The notes under the pieces are model-generated. The model did no database searches. It was not told where the DNA came from and saw only the letters and a list, made by a program, of their open reading frames with translations. The position numbers and the translations under genes are program-made. Source: Marivivens sp. (GTDB lineage: Bacteria > Pseudomonadota > Alphaproteobacteria > Rhodobacterales > Rhodobacteraceae). Taken from it: a stretch of 64,000 nucleotides of DNA. The stretch is taken from the NCBI GenBank assembly GCA_017643845.1, contig JAEPMR010000008.1, positions 8,811 through 72,810 of the forward strand. The letters are read 5' to 3'. Positions 47,940 to 57,613 of the stretch are shown here, piece by piece (position 1 is the stretch's first letter; the number at the start of each line of letters is the position of its first letter).

Positions 47940-48554
47940 ATGAAACCGGAGCGGATACGGGACATGCGCAGGGCATTTGCGGCAAGCAAGGGGCAGGTGA
48001 TCTTTCACCCCGGGCAGGAATGCCCAGGGTATCTGGTCCTGTCAGAAGGGTCGATAAAGGTTACGCTGACGGGCTCCAGCGGGCGGGAGGTTGTGCTCTA
48101 TCGCGTGCGTCCGGGGGAGGTATGCCTGCAGACGTTTTCCTGCCTTGTGGAAGGCACGACCTATGCAGCCGAAGGTATAGCGGAAAGTGATCTGGCCGGA
48201 GAGTTGATCCCAGCAGAACAGTTCGCGGCACGCATGGAGGAAGATCGTGCATTTCGCGAGCAGGTGCTGGGCTCGGTCGCGACGCGGTTCGGCGAATATC
48301 AACAACTGATCGAAGAGGTTGCTCTGACCGGCTTCGATGCACGGCTGGCGCGGGTGCTGTTGAGGCTGTCAGCCGGTGAGGGTCTTGTTGTCGCGACGCA
48401 TAATGCATTGGCGGCGGAGACCGCTTCGGGCCGCGCCTATGTGAGCCGGAGACTGGCAGATCTGGCGGAGCGCGGGATCGTCGCGCAGCGGAAGGATGGT
48501 ATTGCCATTCTCGATCTGGCTGGCCTGCAACGCATTGCCGCAGAGGATCGGTGA
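47940..48554 (+). CDS. Crp/Fnr family transcriptional regulator
   Basis: cNMP-like beta-roll (GSIKV, GREVVLYRV) and HTH (THNALAAETASGRAYVSR); start uncertain. Confidence 0.88.
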   Translation: MKPERIRDMRRAFAASKGQVIFHPGQECPGYLVLSEGSIKVTLTGSSGREVVLYRVRPGEVCLQTFSCLVEGTTYAAEGIAESDLAGELIPAEQFAARMEEDRAFREQVLGSVATRFGEYQQLIEEVALTGFDARLARVLLRLSAGEGLVVATHNALAAETASGRAYVSRRLADLAERGIVAQRKDGIAILDLAGLQRIAAEDR

Positions 48555-48565
48555 CTAAGTCACCG
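48549..48565. promoter_or_regulatory. Palindromic operator for the DUF2892 promoter
   Basis: CGGTGAC-TAA-GTCACCG over the Crp stop codon; TG-C-TAAAAT extended -10 at 48583-91. Confidence 0.6.
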
Positions 48566-48624
48566 CCAGCCAAGGCGTCATTTGCTAAAATCAGGAATGA
48601 ATTCAGCAAATGGAGGCATTTGAG

Positions 48625-48816
48625 ATGACCAGAAATGAAGGAACGCTTGACCGTGTCGTGCGGGTTGTATTGGGGCTGGTGCTGCTGTCGCTGGTCTTTA
48701 CTGGACCGCAGACGGCGTGGGGCTGGATCGGTATTGTGCCGCTGGTGACGGGGCTTGTCGGTTTCTGCCCGCTCTACCGCATTTTCGGGGTGAGCACCTG
48801 CGCCCTCAAAAACTAG
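48625..48816 (+). CDS. DUF2892 (YgaP-like) small membrane protein
   Basis: NEGTLDRVVR, two TM, GFCPLY...STC; SD GGAGG. Confidence 0.9.
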   Translation: MTRNEGTLDRVVRVVLGLVLLSLVFTGPQTAWGWIGIVPLVTGLVGFCPLYRIFGVSTCALKN

Positions 48817-48844
48817 GATTTTTTCAAAAATGCGTGGCGCGTTT

Positions 48845-49711
48845 TCAGCGGGCCGCGCGGTTTTCGCGCCAGAAGGTGAAGAGGCCAGCGGCCATGACAA
48901 TCGCTGCGCCGACCGCCACGTTTGGGCGGAGCACTTCGCTGAAGATGAGAATTCCGAAGCCGGTGCCAAAGATAAGCTGCATATAGGCAAAGGGCTGGAC
49001 GGCGCTTGCCTCGGCAACCTCATAGCACTTGATCAGGAGCCAGTGACCGCTGGCGCCGGTGAGGCAGAGGAGCGCCATCCAGCCCCAGTCTGGCGCGGTC
49101 ATCGGTTCCCAAAACCAGATGCCGATGAGCGTAATGGCGGCGGCACCTGAGACGCCTGTCCAGAAGAACGAGGTCGCGGTGCTGTCACGTCGCGCAGCGA
49201 AGCGGGTGAGCAGGCCATAGACGGCGAACATCGTGGCCGAAAGCAGCGGCACCAGAGCGGCGGGGCTGAACACTCCGACCCCGGGCTGGAGGATGATCAG
49301 CACGCCGATAAAGCCCACGCCAATCGCAGACCAGCGCCGCCAACCGACTTTCTCCCCCAGAATGGGACCGGACAGGGCGGCGATGATCAGGGGATAGGCG
49401 GTGAACACGGCGAGGCTCTCGACAAGCCCCAAAAGCGTGAATGCATAGACCATCACGCAAATTTCGGCGACGAGGACAAGACCACGCCCGATTTGCAGGA
49501 TTGGCTGGCTGGTTGCGGCGGCGGCGCGCACCGAGCCTTCGCGGCGGGTGGCGACCGTGATGACGAATGCGGCGAAAAACCAGTAGCGGATCATGACCAC
49601 CATCAGCACGTTATATTCGCCTGCGAGGTGGCGGGAGATGCTGTCTTGTGCGGCGAAGATGAAGGTGGTGGCAATCATCAGGAGGATGCCGAGGCGCGTA
49701 TTCGTTTGCAT
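48845..49711 (-). CDS. DMT/EamA family transporter
   Basis: About 10 TM, LGEKVGWRRW, ASAVQPFAY. Confidence 0.9.
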   Translation of the reverse strand: MQTNTRLGILLMIATTFIFAAQDSISRHLAGEYNVLMVVMIRYWFFAAFVITVATRREGSVRAAAATSQPILQIGRGLVLVAEICVMVYAFTLLGLVESLAVFTAYPLIIAALSGPILGEKVGWRRWSAIGVGFIGVLIILQPGVGVFSPAALVPLLSATMFAVYGLLTRFAARRDSTATSFFWTGVSGAAAITLIGIWFWEPMTAPDWGWMALLCLTGASGHWLLIKCYEVAEASAVQPFAYMQLIFGTGFGILIFSEVLRPNVAVGAAIVMAAGLFTFWRENRAAR

Positions 49712-50385
49712 CAGGCGGGCATCCGTGCGCGGGTCATGTGACGTTTGCGACCAAATCCGGGGGTGCGTGTGACCTCAAAGCCGGCTGCGGCCAATGCGCG
49801 ACGGACGTGACCGGCGGCGGTATAGGTGGCAAGCGTGCCGCCTGCGGTGGTGTGGGCTGCAACCTCGGCCATCAGATCGGCTTGCCAAAGTTCGGGATTT
49901 TTGGCGGGGGAGAAGCCGTCGAGATACCAGGCGTCTGCTTTGCCCTGCCAGGCGGGTAGTGTCATTCGCGCGTCACCGATGATGACCGAGAGGGAGATCG
50001 GGCCGTGCTGCATCTGCCAGTGGCCTGCCTCGACCATTTGAACGATTGGCTGTGCGAGATCGGTCAACTGCGGGAATGCGGCAAGCGCAGCGGCCATATC
50101 CTGTGCTGACATCGGAAAGGCCTCGAACGAGGTGAACGTAAGGGGCGCGGAACTTCCGCTGGCAATATGGGCCGACCATGTGGCGAGGAAATTTAGCCCC
50201 GTGCCAAAGCCAAGCTCGGCAATCGACAGGGGTGCGCTCAGCCGTGCGGGAATACCATTTCCCTGCAAGAATACGTGGTCGGTCTCGGCCAGCCCGTCAT
50301 CGAGCGAGAAATAGGGATCGTCGAATTGCCGCGACACAGGAATGCGCGCATCACGCCATTCGAGATCGGCTGTCTGGTGAGTCAT
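49711..50385 (-). CDS. mnmD: tRNA mnm5s2U34 methyltransferase (MnmC N-terminal domain)
   Basis: FDDPYFS, ELGFGTGLN, DAWYLDGFSPAKNPELW, GFGRKR. Confidence 0.92.
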   Translation of the reverse strand: MTHQTADLEWRDARIPVSRQFDDPYFSLDDGLAETDHVFLQGNGIPARLSAPLSIAELGFGTGLNFLATWSAHIASGSSAPLTFTSFEAFPMSAQDMAAALAAFPQLTDLAQPIVQMVEAGHWQMQHGPISLSVIIGDARMTLPAWQGKADAWYLDGFSPAKNPELWQADLMAEVAAHTTAGGTLATYTAAGHVRRALAAAGFEVTRTPGFGRKRHMTRARMPA

Positions 50386-50429
50386 GGCAAGTTGTCCTAG
50401 TTACGGGCGGAGAGTGGCGAGAGGACGCG

Positions 50430-51473
50430 GTGAAGGCAATGGTCGATGTGACGGTTCTGGGGGCGGGAATATTCGGCCTGTCGGTGGCCTATGCCTGCGC
50501 AATGCGGGGTGCAAGGGTCCGTGTGATTGATCCGAACGGTGTAGGTTCTGGTTCAAGTGGCGGACTGGTGGGGGCGCTGGCGCCGCATGTGCCGGAAAAC
50601 TGGAACGACAAGAAAGCATTTCAGTTCGAAAGTCTGATCATGGCCGAGGCGTTCTGGCGGGAGGTGGCCGAAAAAAGCGGGCACGACCCGGGGTATTTGC
50701 GGAGTGGGCGCTTGCAGCCGCTGCCTGATGAACGGGCGGTGGAACTGGCGCGTGCCCGCGGGGAGAACGCGAAAGCGCTGTGGCAGGGTAAGGCCGAGTG
50801 GCGCGTCATTCCTGCATCTGATGCAGGGAGCTGGGCGCCCATGTCACCAAGTGGATGGCTGGTGCATGACACTCTTACAGCGCGGCTACATCCGCGGAAG
50901 GCATCGCAGGCGCTTGGAGCGGCGGTTGAGGCGCTGGGGGGTGAAATTCTGGCGAAAGGCGAGGCGGTTGGCCGCGTGGTGCATGCAACCGGCTGGCAGG
51001 GCATGGTGGAACTCTCCGAGGCACTGGGAAAGACCGTGGGCAATGGCGTGAAGGGGCAGGCGGCATTGCTGCGCTATGAGGCAGCGGACGCGCCGCAGCT
51101 TTTTGCGGATGCGCTGCATATAGTGCCCCATGCAGATGGAACGGTTGCGATCGGATCGACGTCCGAGCGGGAGTTTGATGCGCCGGAGGTGACCGATGCG
51201 CTGCTCGATGATGTGATTTTGCGGGCGCGGGCGGCGTTTCCGGTCTTGGCGGATGCGCCGGTGATCGAGCGCTGGGCGGGCGTGCGACCGAGGGCCAAAA
51301 GCCGTGCGCCGATGCTGGGTGCGCATCCGTTGTTTGAGGATGCGTTTATCGCCAATGGCGGGTTCAAAATCGGCTTTGGCATGGCGCCGAAAGCCGGTGA
51401 GATGATGGCTGATCTGGTGTTGGAGGGGCGGGATACGATCCCCGAAGGATTTAGGCCGGAGGCGAGCCTGTAG
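50430..51473 (+). CDS. FAD-dependent oxidoreductase (DAO family, MnmC C-terminal-like)
   Basis: VLGAGIFG, GSSGGLVG, VKGQ, WAGVRP; start 50430 or 50439. Confidence 0.82.
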   Translation: MKAMVDVTVLGAGIFGLSVAYACAMRGARVRVIDPNGVGSGSSGGLVGALAPHVPENWNDKKAFQFESLIMAEAFWREVAEKSGHDPGYLRSGRLQPLPDERAVELARARGENAKALWQGKAEWRVIPASDAGSWAPMSPSGWLVHDTLTARLHPRKASQALGAAVEALGGEILAKGEAVGRVVHATGWQGMVELSEALGKTVGNGVKGQAALLRYEAADAPQLFADALHIVPHADGTVAIGSTSEREFDAPEVTDALLDDVILRARAAFPVLADAPVIERWAGVRPRAKSRAPMLGAHPLFEDAFIANGGFKIGFGMAPKAGEMMADLVLEGRDTIPEGFRPEASL

Positions 51474-52503
51474 ATTGCCACCGATAGGCGCCATCGTCCG
51501 CGAGCCAGCGGATGGCTTGACCGCTCTGATGCAGGTAGTTGAGATGGGCCAGAGCCTCGACGAGAGCGAGGCCGTATGTATTTGGCTGGATCTCGCGCTT
51601 GAAAAGAGGTGCGAAACAGTCGCCACCGCGTCTGGGCTGGGCGAGATGTTCGGTCAGGCGTTGCAGCGCACCGGTGTGATTTTCAATCAATTGTGACAGG
51701 CGCGTCGGCAAGCCGATGTATGGCAGTTTGTGACCGCCGAGCACGAGATGCTCTTCGCGTGCATGGGGTTGGAAAGCGGTGCAACTGTCCAGCCATTCGG
51801 CCAGCGGGTTGGCCTCTGGTTCGGTCGGGTAGACGCCGATATTCGGGCTGATGGAGGGCAGAAGCTGATCGCCGCCAAGGACCAGATGATCGTCTCGGCT
51901 CCAGAACGTGGCGTGTTCGGGGGCGTGTCCGTCGCCCATACGGATGTCCCAGATGCGGCCTGCCATCCGGATGGTGTCGCCCTCTGCGATGCGGGTGAAG
52001 CCGGCGGGAAGGGCTGTGACACAATCGGCAAAATTGAACGGGCGTTCGTCGGCGCGGGCCTGAAGGATATTGGGGTCCATTCCGGCGCGGCGATAGAAGC
52101 CGATCGCCTCTTCCGTGTAGCGTGGCTGTTCGTCGAGGATCAGCATACGGGCCGTGAGATAGGCAGTTCGGGGGATCACCAATTCGGCGCCCTGCTCCAT
52201 GAACCATCCGGCAAGCCCAATGTGATCGGGGTGATGGTGGGTGATGACGACACGGCGCACAGGCTTGCCCGCCAAAGGGCCGGAAAGGGCGGCATCCCAG
52301 ATTGCGCGCGATTTTCGCGTATCGAGGCCGGTGTCGATCAATGTCCAGCCGTCGCCGTCGTCGAGGGCGTAGATATTAACGTGATCAAGCGCCATCGGCA
52401 GCGGGAAGCGCAGCCAGAGGATGCCGTCGGCGATCTCGATTGCGCTGCCAGCGTCCGGCGGAGTTTCGACCGGATAGCGGATCATGCGGGCTTCTATCGT
52501 CAT
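51451..52503 (-). CDS. Metallo-beta-lactamase-fold hydrolase
   Basis: LIDTG, THHHPDHIG, GHAPEH, GDQLL. Confidence 0.9.
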   Translation of the reverse strand: MTIEARMIRYPVETPPDAGSAIEIADGILWLRFPLPMALDHVNIYALDDGDGWTLIDTGLDTRKSRAIWDAALSGPLAGKPVRRVVITHHHPDHIGLAGWFMEQGAELVIPRTAYLTARMLILDEQPRYTEEAIGFYRRAGMDPNILQARADERPFNFADCVTALPAGFTRIAEGDTIRMAGRIWDIRMGDGHAPEHATFWSRDDHLVLGGDQLLPSISPNIGVYPTEPEANPLAEWLDSCTAFQPHAREEHLVLGGHKLPYIGLPTRLSQLIENHTGALQRLTEHLAQPRRGGDCFAPLFKREIQPNTYGLALVEALAHLNYLHQSGQAIRWLADDGAYRWQSTGSPPA

Positions 52504-54203
52504 ATGGCAGCGAGATCGTCTGGGGTTACATCCATCAAGCTGTCGTTGGGTGCGTGCACCTGAGCCAGATAACCGGCGTGCTCCGGCAGAAGTCGGGTGA
52601 TGTAGAAGCGGGCAAGGCGCTGCCTCTGTGTATCACCGTGGCAGGCGGCGGCGAGATGGTAATGCCCGCCAAGCACCCGGGCAAAGCCCATCAGGAAGGG
52701 AACTGCTGCTCCCATTCTATCGGCGGCATCGCGAGAAAGGAGTGTCTCTGTCGCTTCGCGCAGGGTCTCGGCAGACTGCCAGACGGCCTCGGCGAGATCC
52801 GGGTGCTGCGCGCGGGCGTTTTCGGCTCCGGTTTCGATTTCCTCCAAGAGAGCAAATGCGGCTTCGCCGCCGTCCATCAGCTTACGCCCTACAAGGTCCA
52901 TGGCCTGAATGCCGTTGGTGCCTTCGTAGATGGCGGTGACGCGCACATCGCGAAGATACTGGCTGGCGCCGGTCTCTTCGATGAAGCCCATGCCGCCATG
53001 GACTTGAATACCCATATTCGCGACGGAAATTCCTGTCTCTGTGCCAAACGCTTTGGCAATCGGGGTCAGGAATGCGGCGCGGGCGGTGGCGGCGGGATCG
53101 GCCGTGGCCGTGGCAATATCCAGCGAAATGGCACAATCGAGCGCGATGGCGCGGGCGGCGAATGTGTCGGCTTTCATCGTTGCGAGCATCCGGCGGACAT
53201 CCGCATGTTCGATGATGGCGCCGGTTCCGCCTGCACGGCCCTGTTTGCGGTCCTGCGCATAGGCGAGGGCATGCTGATAGGCACCTTCGGCGATGCCGAT
53301 GCCCTGTGTTCCGACACCGAGGCGGGCGTTATTCATCATGGTGAACATCGCGGCCATGCCGCCGTGCGGAGCTCCGACAAGCCAGCCAGTCGCACCTTCG
53401 TAGCTCATGACAGCGGTGGGCGAGCCGTGCAGCCCTGTTTTGTGTTCAAGGCTGACGACACGGAGGGCGTTTTTCTCGCCCGGTTCGCCGTTCGTATCGG
53501 GCAGCCATTTGGGAACCATGAATAGGCTTATGCCCTTTGTCCCTGTCGCGCCGTCTGGAAGGCGGGCGAGTACGAGGTGGCAGACATTGCCAGTGAAATC
53601 GTTGTCGCCCCACGAAATGTAGATTTTCTGGCCGGTGATGGCGTAAGTGCCATCCTCATTTGGCACGGCGCGGGTGGTCAGAGCCCCGACATCAGAGCCA
53701 GCCTGCGGCTCTGTCAGATTCATCGTGCCGCACCATTCGCCGGAAATCAGTTTCGGAAGATAGAGTGATTTGATTTCGTCAGAGGCGTGTTTTTCGAGGG
53801 CTTCGATCTGTCCCTGCGTCATCAGCGGATTGAGTTGCAGGGAGAGACAGGCACCGGCCATCATGTCATTCACGGCAGTTGCGAGGGTCAGTGGGAGGCC
53901 CATTCCACCATATTCAGGTGCAGAGGCAATGCCGATCCAACCGCCATCTGCGATGGCTCGGTAACCGTCCGCAAATCCGGGCGACGTGCGTACGACCCCG
54001 TTTTCCAGGTGGGCGGGGTGAAGGTCGCCTGCGCGGTTGAGCGGGGCGAGGACCTCGTCGCAAAGGCGTGCGGCCTCAGTCATGATGGCCGCAGCCATGT
54101 CATCTGTGGCTTCTGCAAAAACGTTTGTCTCTTGGACGGATTTGAAATCGAGCACATGCGATAGAAGGAAATCGAAATCCTTTACGGGACTTGCGTAGGG
54201 CAT
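52500..54203 (-). CDS. Acyl-CoA dehydrogenase (long type, DmdC-related family)
   Basis: GTMNLTEPQAGSDV, GQKIYIS, GTKGISLF, QVHGGMG, IYEGTNGIQAMDL. Confidence 0.92.
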   Translation of the reverse strand: MPYASPVKDFDFLLSHVLDFKSVQETNVFAEATDDMAAAIMTEAARLCDEVLAPLNRAGDLHPAHLENGVVRTSPGFADGYRAIADGGWIGIASAPEYGGMGLPLTLATAVNDMMAGACLSLQLNPLMTQGQIEALEKHASDEIKSLYLPKLISGEWCGTMNLTEPQAGSDVGALTTRAVPNEDGTYAITGQKIYISWGDNDFTGNVCHLVLARLPDGATGTKGISLFMVPKWLPDTNGEPGEKNALRVVSLEHKTGLHGSPTAVMSYEGATGWLVGAPHGGMAAMFTMMNNARLGVGTQGIGIAEGAYQHALAYAQDRKQGRAGGTGAIIEHADVRRMLATMKADTFAARAIALDCAISLDIATATADPAATARAAFLTPIAKAFGTETGISVANMGIQVHGGMGFIEETGASQYLRDVRVTAIYEGTNGIQAMDLVGRKLMDGGEAAFALLEEIETGAENARAQHPDLAEAVWQSAETLREATETLLSRDAADRMGAAVPFLMGFARVLGGHYHLAAACHGDTQRQRLARFYITRLLPEHAGYLAQVHAPNDSLMDVTPDDLAAI

Positions 54204-54309
54204 ATCTTCGATCCGCTGTTGTGTCCGTCGAGCAAGCAAGGTGTTGGCCTTCCAGCGCAATCCAGCGTATGGAACAGGCTCGGAGCTTCAATCGAAACGC
54301 GGCGTCACG

Positions 54310-55266
54310 ATGGACCAGAAACAGACAGTTACGTTGCGTCCCGACGAGGACGGCATTGCCGCTGCGGCGCAGCTGTTACGGTCGGGTGAATGCGTGGCGT
54401 TTCCGACCGAGACTGTCTATGGGCTGGGAGCGGATGCTTGCAATGATACAGCGGTCGCGGGCATCTATGCTGCAAAAGGGCGTCCGAGTTTTAACCCGCT
54501 GATCATCCACGTGGATTGTGTGGAAACCGCGCGGCGGTACTGCGACTTCACACCGGATGCGGAGCGTCTGGCGCAGGCTTTTTGGCCGGGGGCTTTGACG
54601 CTGGTGCTTCCGCTCAAGGCAGAAAGCGGGATTTCGAAACTTGTTACGGCAGGGCTGGACACCGTGGCTGTCCGTGCGCCGGACCATGCGGTAGGGCAAG
54701 CGCTATTGGCTGCATTTGGCAGACCGGTGGCTGCGCCATCGGCAAATCCGTCAGGACGGATCAGTCCGACAACGATGCAACATGTTCTGGCGGGATTGGA
54801 CGGAAAGATCGCGGCTGTGGTCGATGGCGGAGCCTGTGGTGTGGGGTTAGAATCGACGATTATAGGATGCACGGGGGCGCCTGTTTTGATGCGGGCGGGC
54901 GGATTGCCCGTCGAAGCGGTAGAGGCGTGCCTTGGCAGGCGGTTGATGACCGAGGAAGACCCGAGCGCACCAAAATCGCCGGGGCAGCTGCTGTCGCATT
55001 ACGCGCCGCGGGGGCGGGTGCGGCTCGATGTGACGGCACCCGATGACGGTGAGGTGTTGCTAGGGTTCGGAGAGGTAGACGGGGCGGCGCTGAACCTTTC
55101 GCCGTCCGGTGATCTGACAGAGGCAGCGGCAGGGCTTTTTGCGGCGTTACATCAGCTCGATAACATGGGGGCAGAGCGGATCGCGGTTGCGCCAATCCCT
55201 GATCACGGGTTGGGACGGGCGATCAATGACCGTCTGCGGCGCGCGGCGGCACCGAGGGGCGACTAG
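54310..55266 (+). CDS. tsaC: L-threonylcarbamoyladenylate synthase (Sua5 type)
   Basis: AFPTETVYGLG, KGRPSFNPLI, APSAN, PGQLLSHYAP. Confidence 0.94.
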   Translation: MDQKQTVTLRPDEDGIAAAAQLLRSGECVAFPTETVYGLGADACNDTAVAGIYAAKGRPSFNPLIIHVDCVETARRYCDFTPDAERLAQAFWPGALTLVLPLKAESGISKLVTAGLDTVAVRAPDHAVGQALLAAFGRPVAAPSANPSGRISPTTMQHVLAGLDGKIAAVVDGGACGVGLESTIIGCTGAPVLMRAGGLPVEAVEACLGRRLMTEEDPSAPKSPGQLLSHYAPRGRVRLDVTAPDDGEVLLGFGEVDGAALNLSPSGDLTEAAAGLFAALHQLDNMGAERIAVAPIPDHGLGRAINDRLRRAAAPRGD

Positions 55267-55592
55267 TTCCCCAAATTCTTGCGTTCGATAAAGGTGCGGA
55301 GTTCCTCTGCCTCACGGCGGGCATCGCGCAGACCGTCCATCGCGGCGCGAAGCTCTGCCTCGGTCTGTGACAGCTGGCTGCGGAGGGCGGCTTCGCTGTC
55401 TCTCTGGGCGGAAACGGCCGCATCGCGCTCTTCTTCAGCTTCGTGCAGGAGCTTTGCCATTTTTTCCAACTCGCCAACATCCGAGGCGGAAACACGGGTA
55501 AATCTGTGAACCAGCCAGTTGGCGAACCAGCCCAGACAGAAAGCGATAAACAGCACGATGGCGGTAGCGGTAATGAATTCTGTTCTGTTCAC
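55263..55592 (-). CDS. Small membrane-anchored coiled-coil protein
   Basis: GTG start after SD GAGGA; N-terminal TM (IVLFIAFCLGWFANW), then heptads. Confidence 0.78.
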   Translation of the reverse strand: MNRTEFITATAIVLFIAFCLGWFANWLVHRFTRVSASDVGELEKMAKLLHEAEEERDAAVSAQRDSEAALRSQLSQTEAELRAAMDGLRDARREAEELRTFIERKNLGN

Positions 55593-55596
55593 GTCG

Positions 55597-57558
55597 TCAT
55601 TCCTCTGACTCGGTTGCTTCGGGGGCCGGCTCGTCGCTTTCTTCTGCGGTGGCGTCAGGGCTTTCGGAACCTGGGTCTGCGTTTTCGCTTGTATCGGTCT
55701 CAGCGCTTTCTGTCGCCGCAGCCTCTGCCTCTGCCTCGGGGTCGTAGAGGTGGAATTCGATGCGGCGGTTGGCTTCGCGGCCCTCTTCGGTGCCGTTGTC
55801 GGCGATCGGGTTTTCTTCGCCATAGCCGATAGCGCGGAACGAGCCTGTGAGTACGCGGCGGCCACGCAGCGCGGTCAAAACGGCTTCGGCGCGATCCTGG
55901 CTGAGCTGCTGGTTCATCACTTCACGGCCCTGGCTATCTGTATAGCCTGAGACTTCCATGGGAAGTTCGGGGCAGTCCCTTAGGATTTTGGCAATGTCGT
56001 CAATCACTGGACGGGTTTCGGCTGTGAGCGTGGCGGAGCCGGGATCGAACAGGATTTTTGTCTCGTCAGTGATTTCGCGGATCGCGACCAGACATTCCTC
56101 GGGGGTCGGGCCTGTGTTTTCGGGCGCGAGTTCCTCGATATATTCGAGAGCGATGTCGAATGATTCCTCTTGTCCGAACTTTTCAATGAAAAGAGCGGGA
56201 ATGGCTGTGCTGGCCTCCGGATCGCTGGTCGTGCCGCGCAGTGCAATACTGTCTGGCTCGACGGTAACAACGCCGTTTTTGAGCCGGGATAGGGCCTCGA
56301 TTGCGGTCAGGACGCGGACGTTCCAGCCGGAGGGGACTGATGGCTCGACCTGGGTGCGCATGGAGACATTGCTGCGTCCGAAACGGGCGGCGGCGTAGTT
56401 TTCGGCGGTGAGTTTCATCAGATCGTCCCCCACCATTCCACGCAACTGCGCGAGACCTTCGGGGCTGAGGGTGCCGGTGAAGGATATAACGATGGCTTCC
56501 TCTTCGCCTTCGGGCGCTGGCGGTGCGGGAAGCTCTGCCTCAAGCGCATAGAGGGGCGGGAGACTCGCCTGTAAGGTATTGATCTCTCTGTCGTAGAGGT
56601 CGGGATCGGTTCCTTGCGGCGCGGTGATGTGTAGGTCGGTGTCGGTGACCGTCAATGTGCCACCGCCGAGCGCGCCGAGTGTCCCGATGGCGCGGCTGAC
56701 GATACCGGTCCAGCTGGGGGCGGGAGCGCCGATTGCGATCGGACAATTGGCCGTATCGTCGAACCCGAGGTCACGGGCCGCGGCAAGGATTTGATCCCGT
56801 TCGGCCGGGGTTTCGGCCACGCAGGCATCAAAGCGGGGGCCATCATCGTCCAGTGAGAAACGCACGGTGAATGGGGTGACAACCGGACGCGGCGCGGTGA
56901 TTGTGATGGTCGCCTCGACATTGCGCGGGGCCATTTTCTGAAGCTCGGCTTCGAGGCTGCGTTTTTCGGCAGCACTATTCGCAATGGCTGTGATATCGAC
57001 AGCGCCCGCCCGCACAGAGATCTTTGCGCGCGGCAGTTCTTCGAGAACGCGGGTGGCGTAGGTCATTGCGCTGCGCCAACCATCGGGGGCGGGGTGCTCT
57101 GCCGTTTCCAGAAGGTCCGTGATCCGCGCTTCGCCCGCGATTTCACTCAGCGAACGGGATAGAACTTCGCGGTCTGTTGTGGCGGGCGCGAGGCCGATCA
57201 GGGAGATGCCGCTGTCGCTACGCAAAATCTCGATAACGAATTCCGGGATGATGATATCGTCCCGCTGAACCACCGAAATATTGTCGATGACGCGGCTGGC
57301 GTCGACATGGCGACCGGCGATGCTCATGGCGCGGAAGCGGGCGGCCTCGGTGGGTGCTGTGCCTTCGATGACGACCTGCAGGCCATCGCCCAGCACATCG
57401 GCCCAGTCCTGACCATCGGTCACGAGCGCCTCATGAACGGCGGACCGGGACAGGTCCTCTACGAGTGACACGGCTATGCGGGCGCTGAACGCCGATATCA
57501 CAGCGGCAACCGCGAAGGCTGCGAGAGGCAAGAGGACCGAGGTAAAGCGCAGGTTCAT
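55597..57558 (-). CDS. Membrane-anchored BON-like repeat protein with C-terminal OmpA PG-binding domain
   Basis: N-terminal TM; ILFDPGSA, GYTDSQG, LSQDRAEAV, ANRRIEF. Confidence 0.88.
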   Translation of the reverse strand: MNLRFTSVLLPLAAFAVAAVISAFSARIAVSLVEDLSRSAVHEALVTDGQDWADVLGDGLQVVIEGTAPTEAARFRAMSIAGRHVDASRVIDNISVVQRDDIIIPEFVIEILRSDSGISLIGLAPATTDREVLSRSLSEIAGEARITDLLETAEHPAPDGWRSAMTYATRVLEELPRAKISVRAGAVDITAIANSAAEKRSLEAELQKMAPRNVEATITITAPRPVVTPFTVRFSLDDDGPRFDACVAETPAERDQILAAARDLGFDDTANCPIAIGAPAPSWTGIVSRAIGTLGALGGGTLTVTDTDLHITAPQGTDPDLYDREINTLQASLPPLYALEAELPAPPAPEGEEEAIVISFTGTLSPEGLAQLRGMVGDDLMKLTAENYAAARFGRSNVSMRTQVEPSVPSGWNVRVLTAIEALSRLKNGVVTVEPDSIALRGTTSDPEASTAIPALFIEKFGQEESFDIALEYIEELAPENTGPTPEECLVAIREITDETKILFDPGSATLTAETRPVIDDIAKILRDCPELPMEVSGYTDSQGREVMNQQLSQDRAEAVLTALRGRRVLTGSFRAIGYGEENPIADNGTEEGREANRRIEFHLYDPEAEAEAAATESAETDTSENADPGSESPDATAEESDEPAPEATESEE

Positions 57559-57613
57559 TCGTGAGTTTCTTCCAGACTTGCTTCTCTGTAGGTTGTGACG
57601 CGCTTGTGATCAA

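Noticed and set aside
52500-54203. Calling the acyl-CoA dehydrogenase dmdC
   Set aside because: Family-level resemblance only; no other dmd genes nearby and substrate cannot be read from sequence
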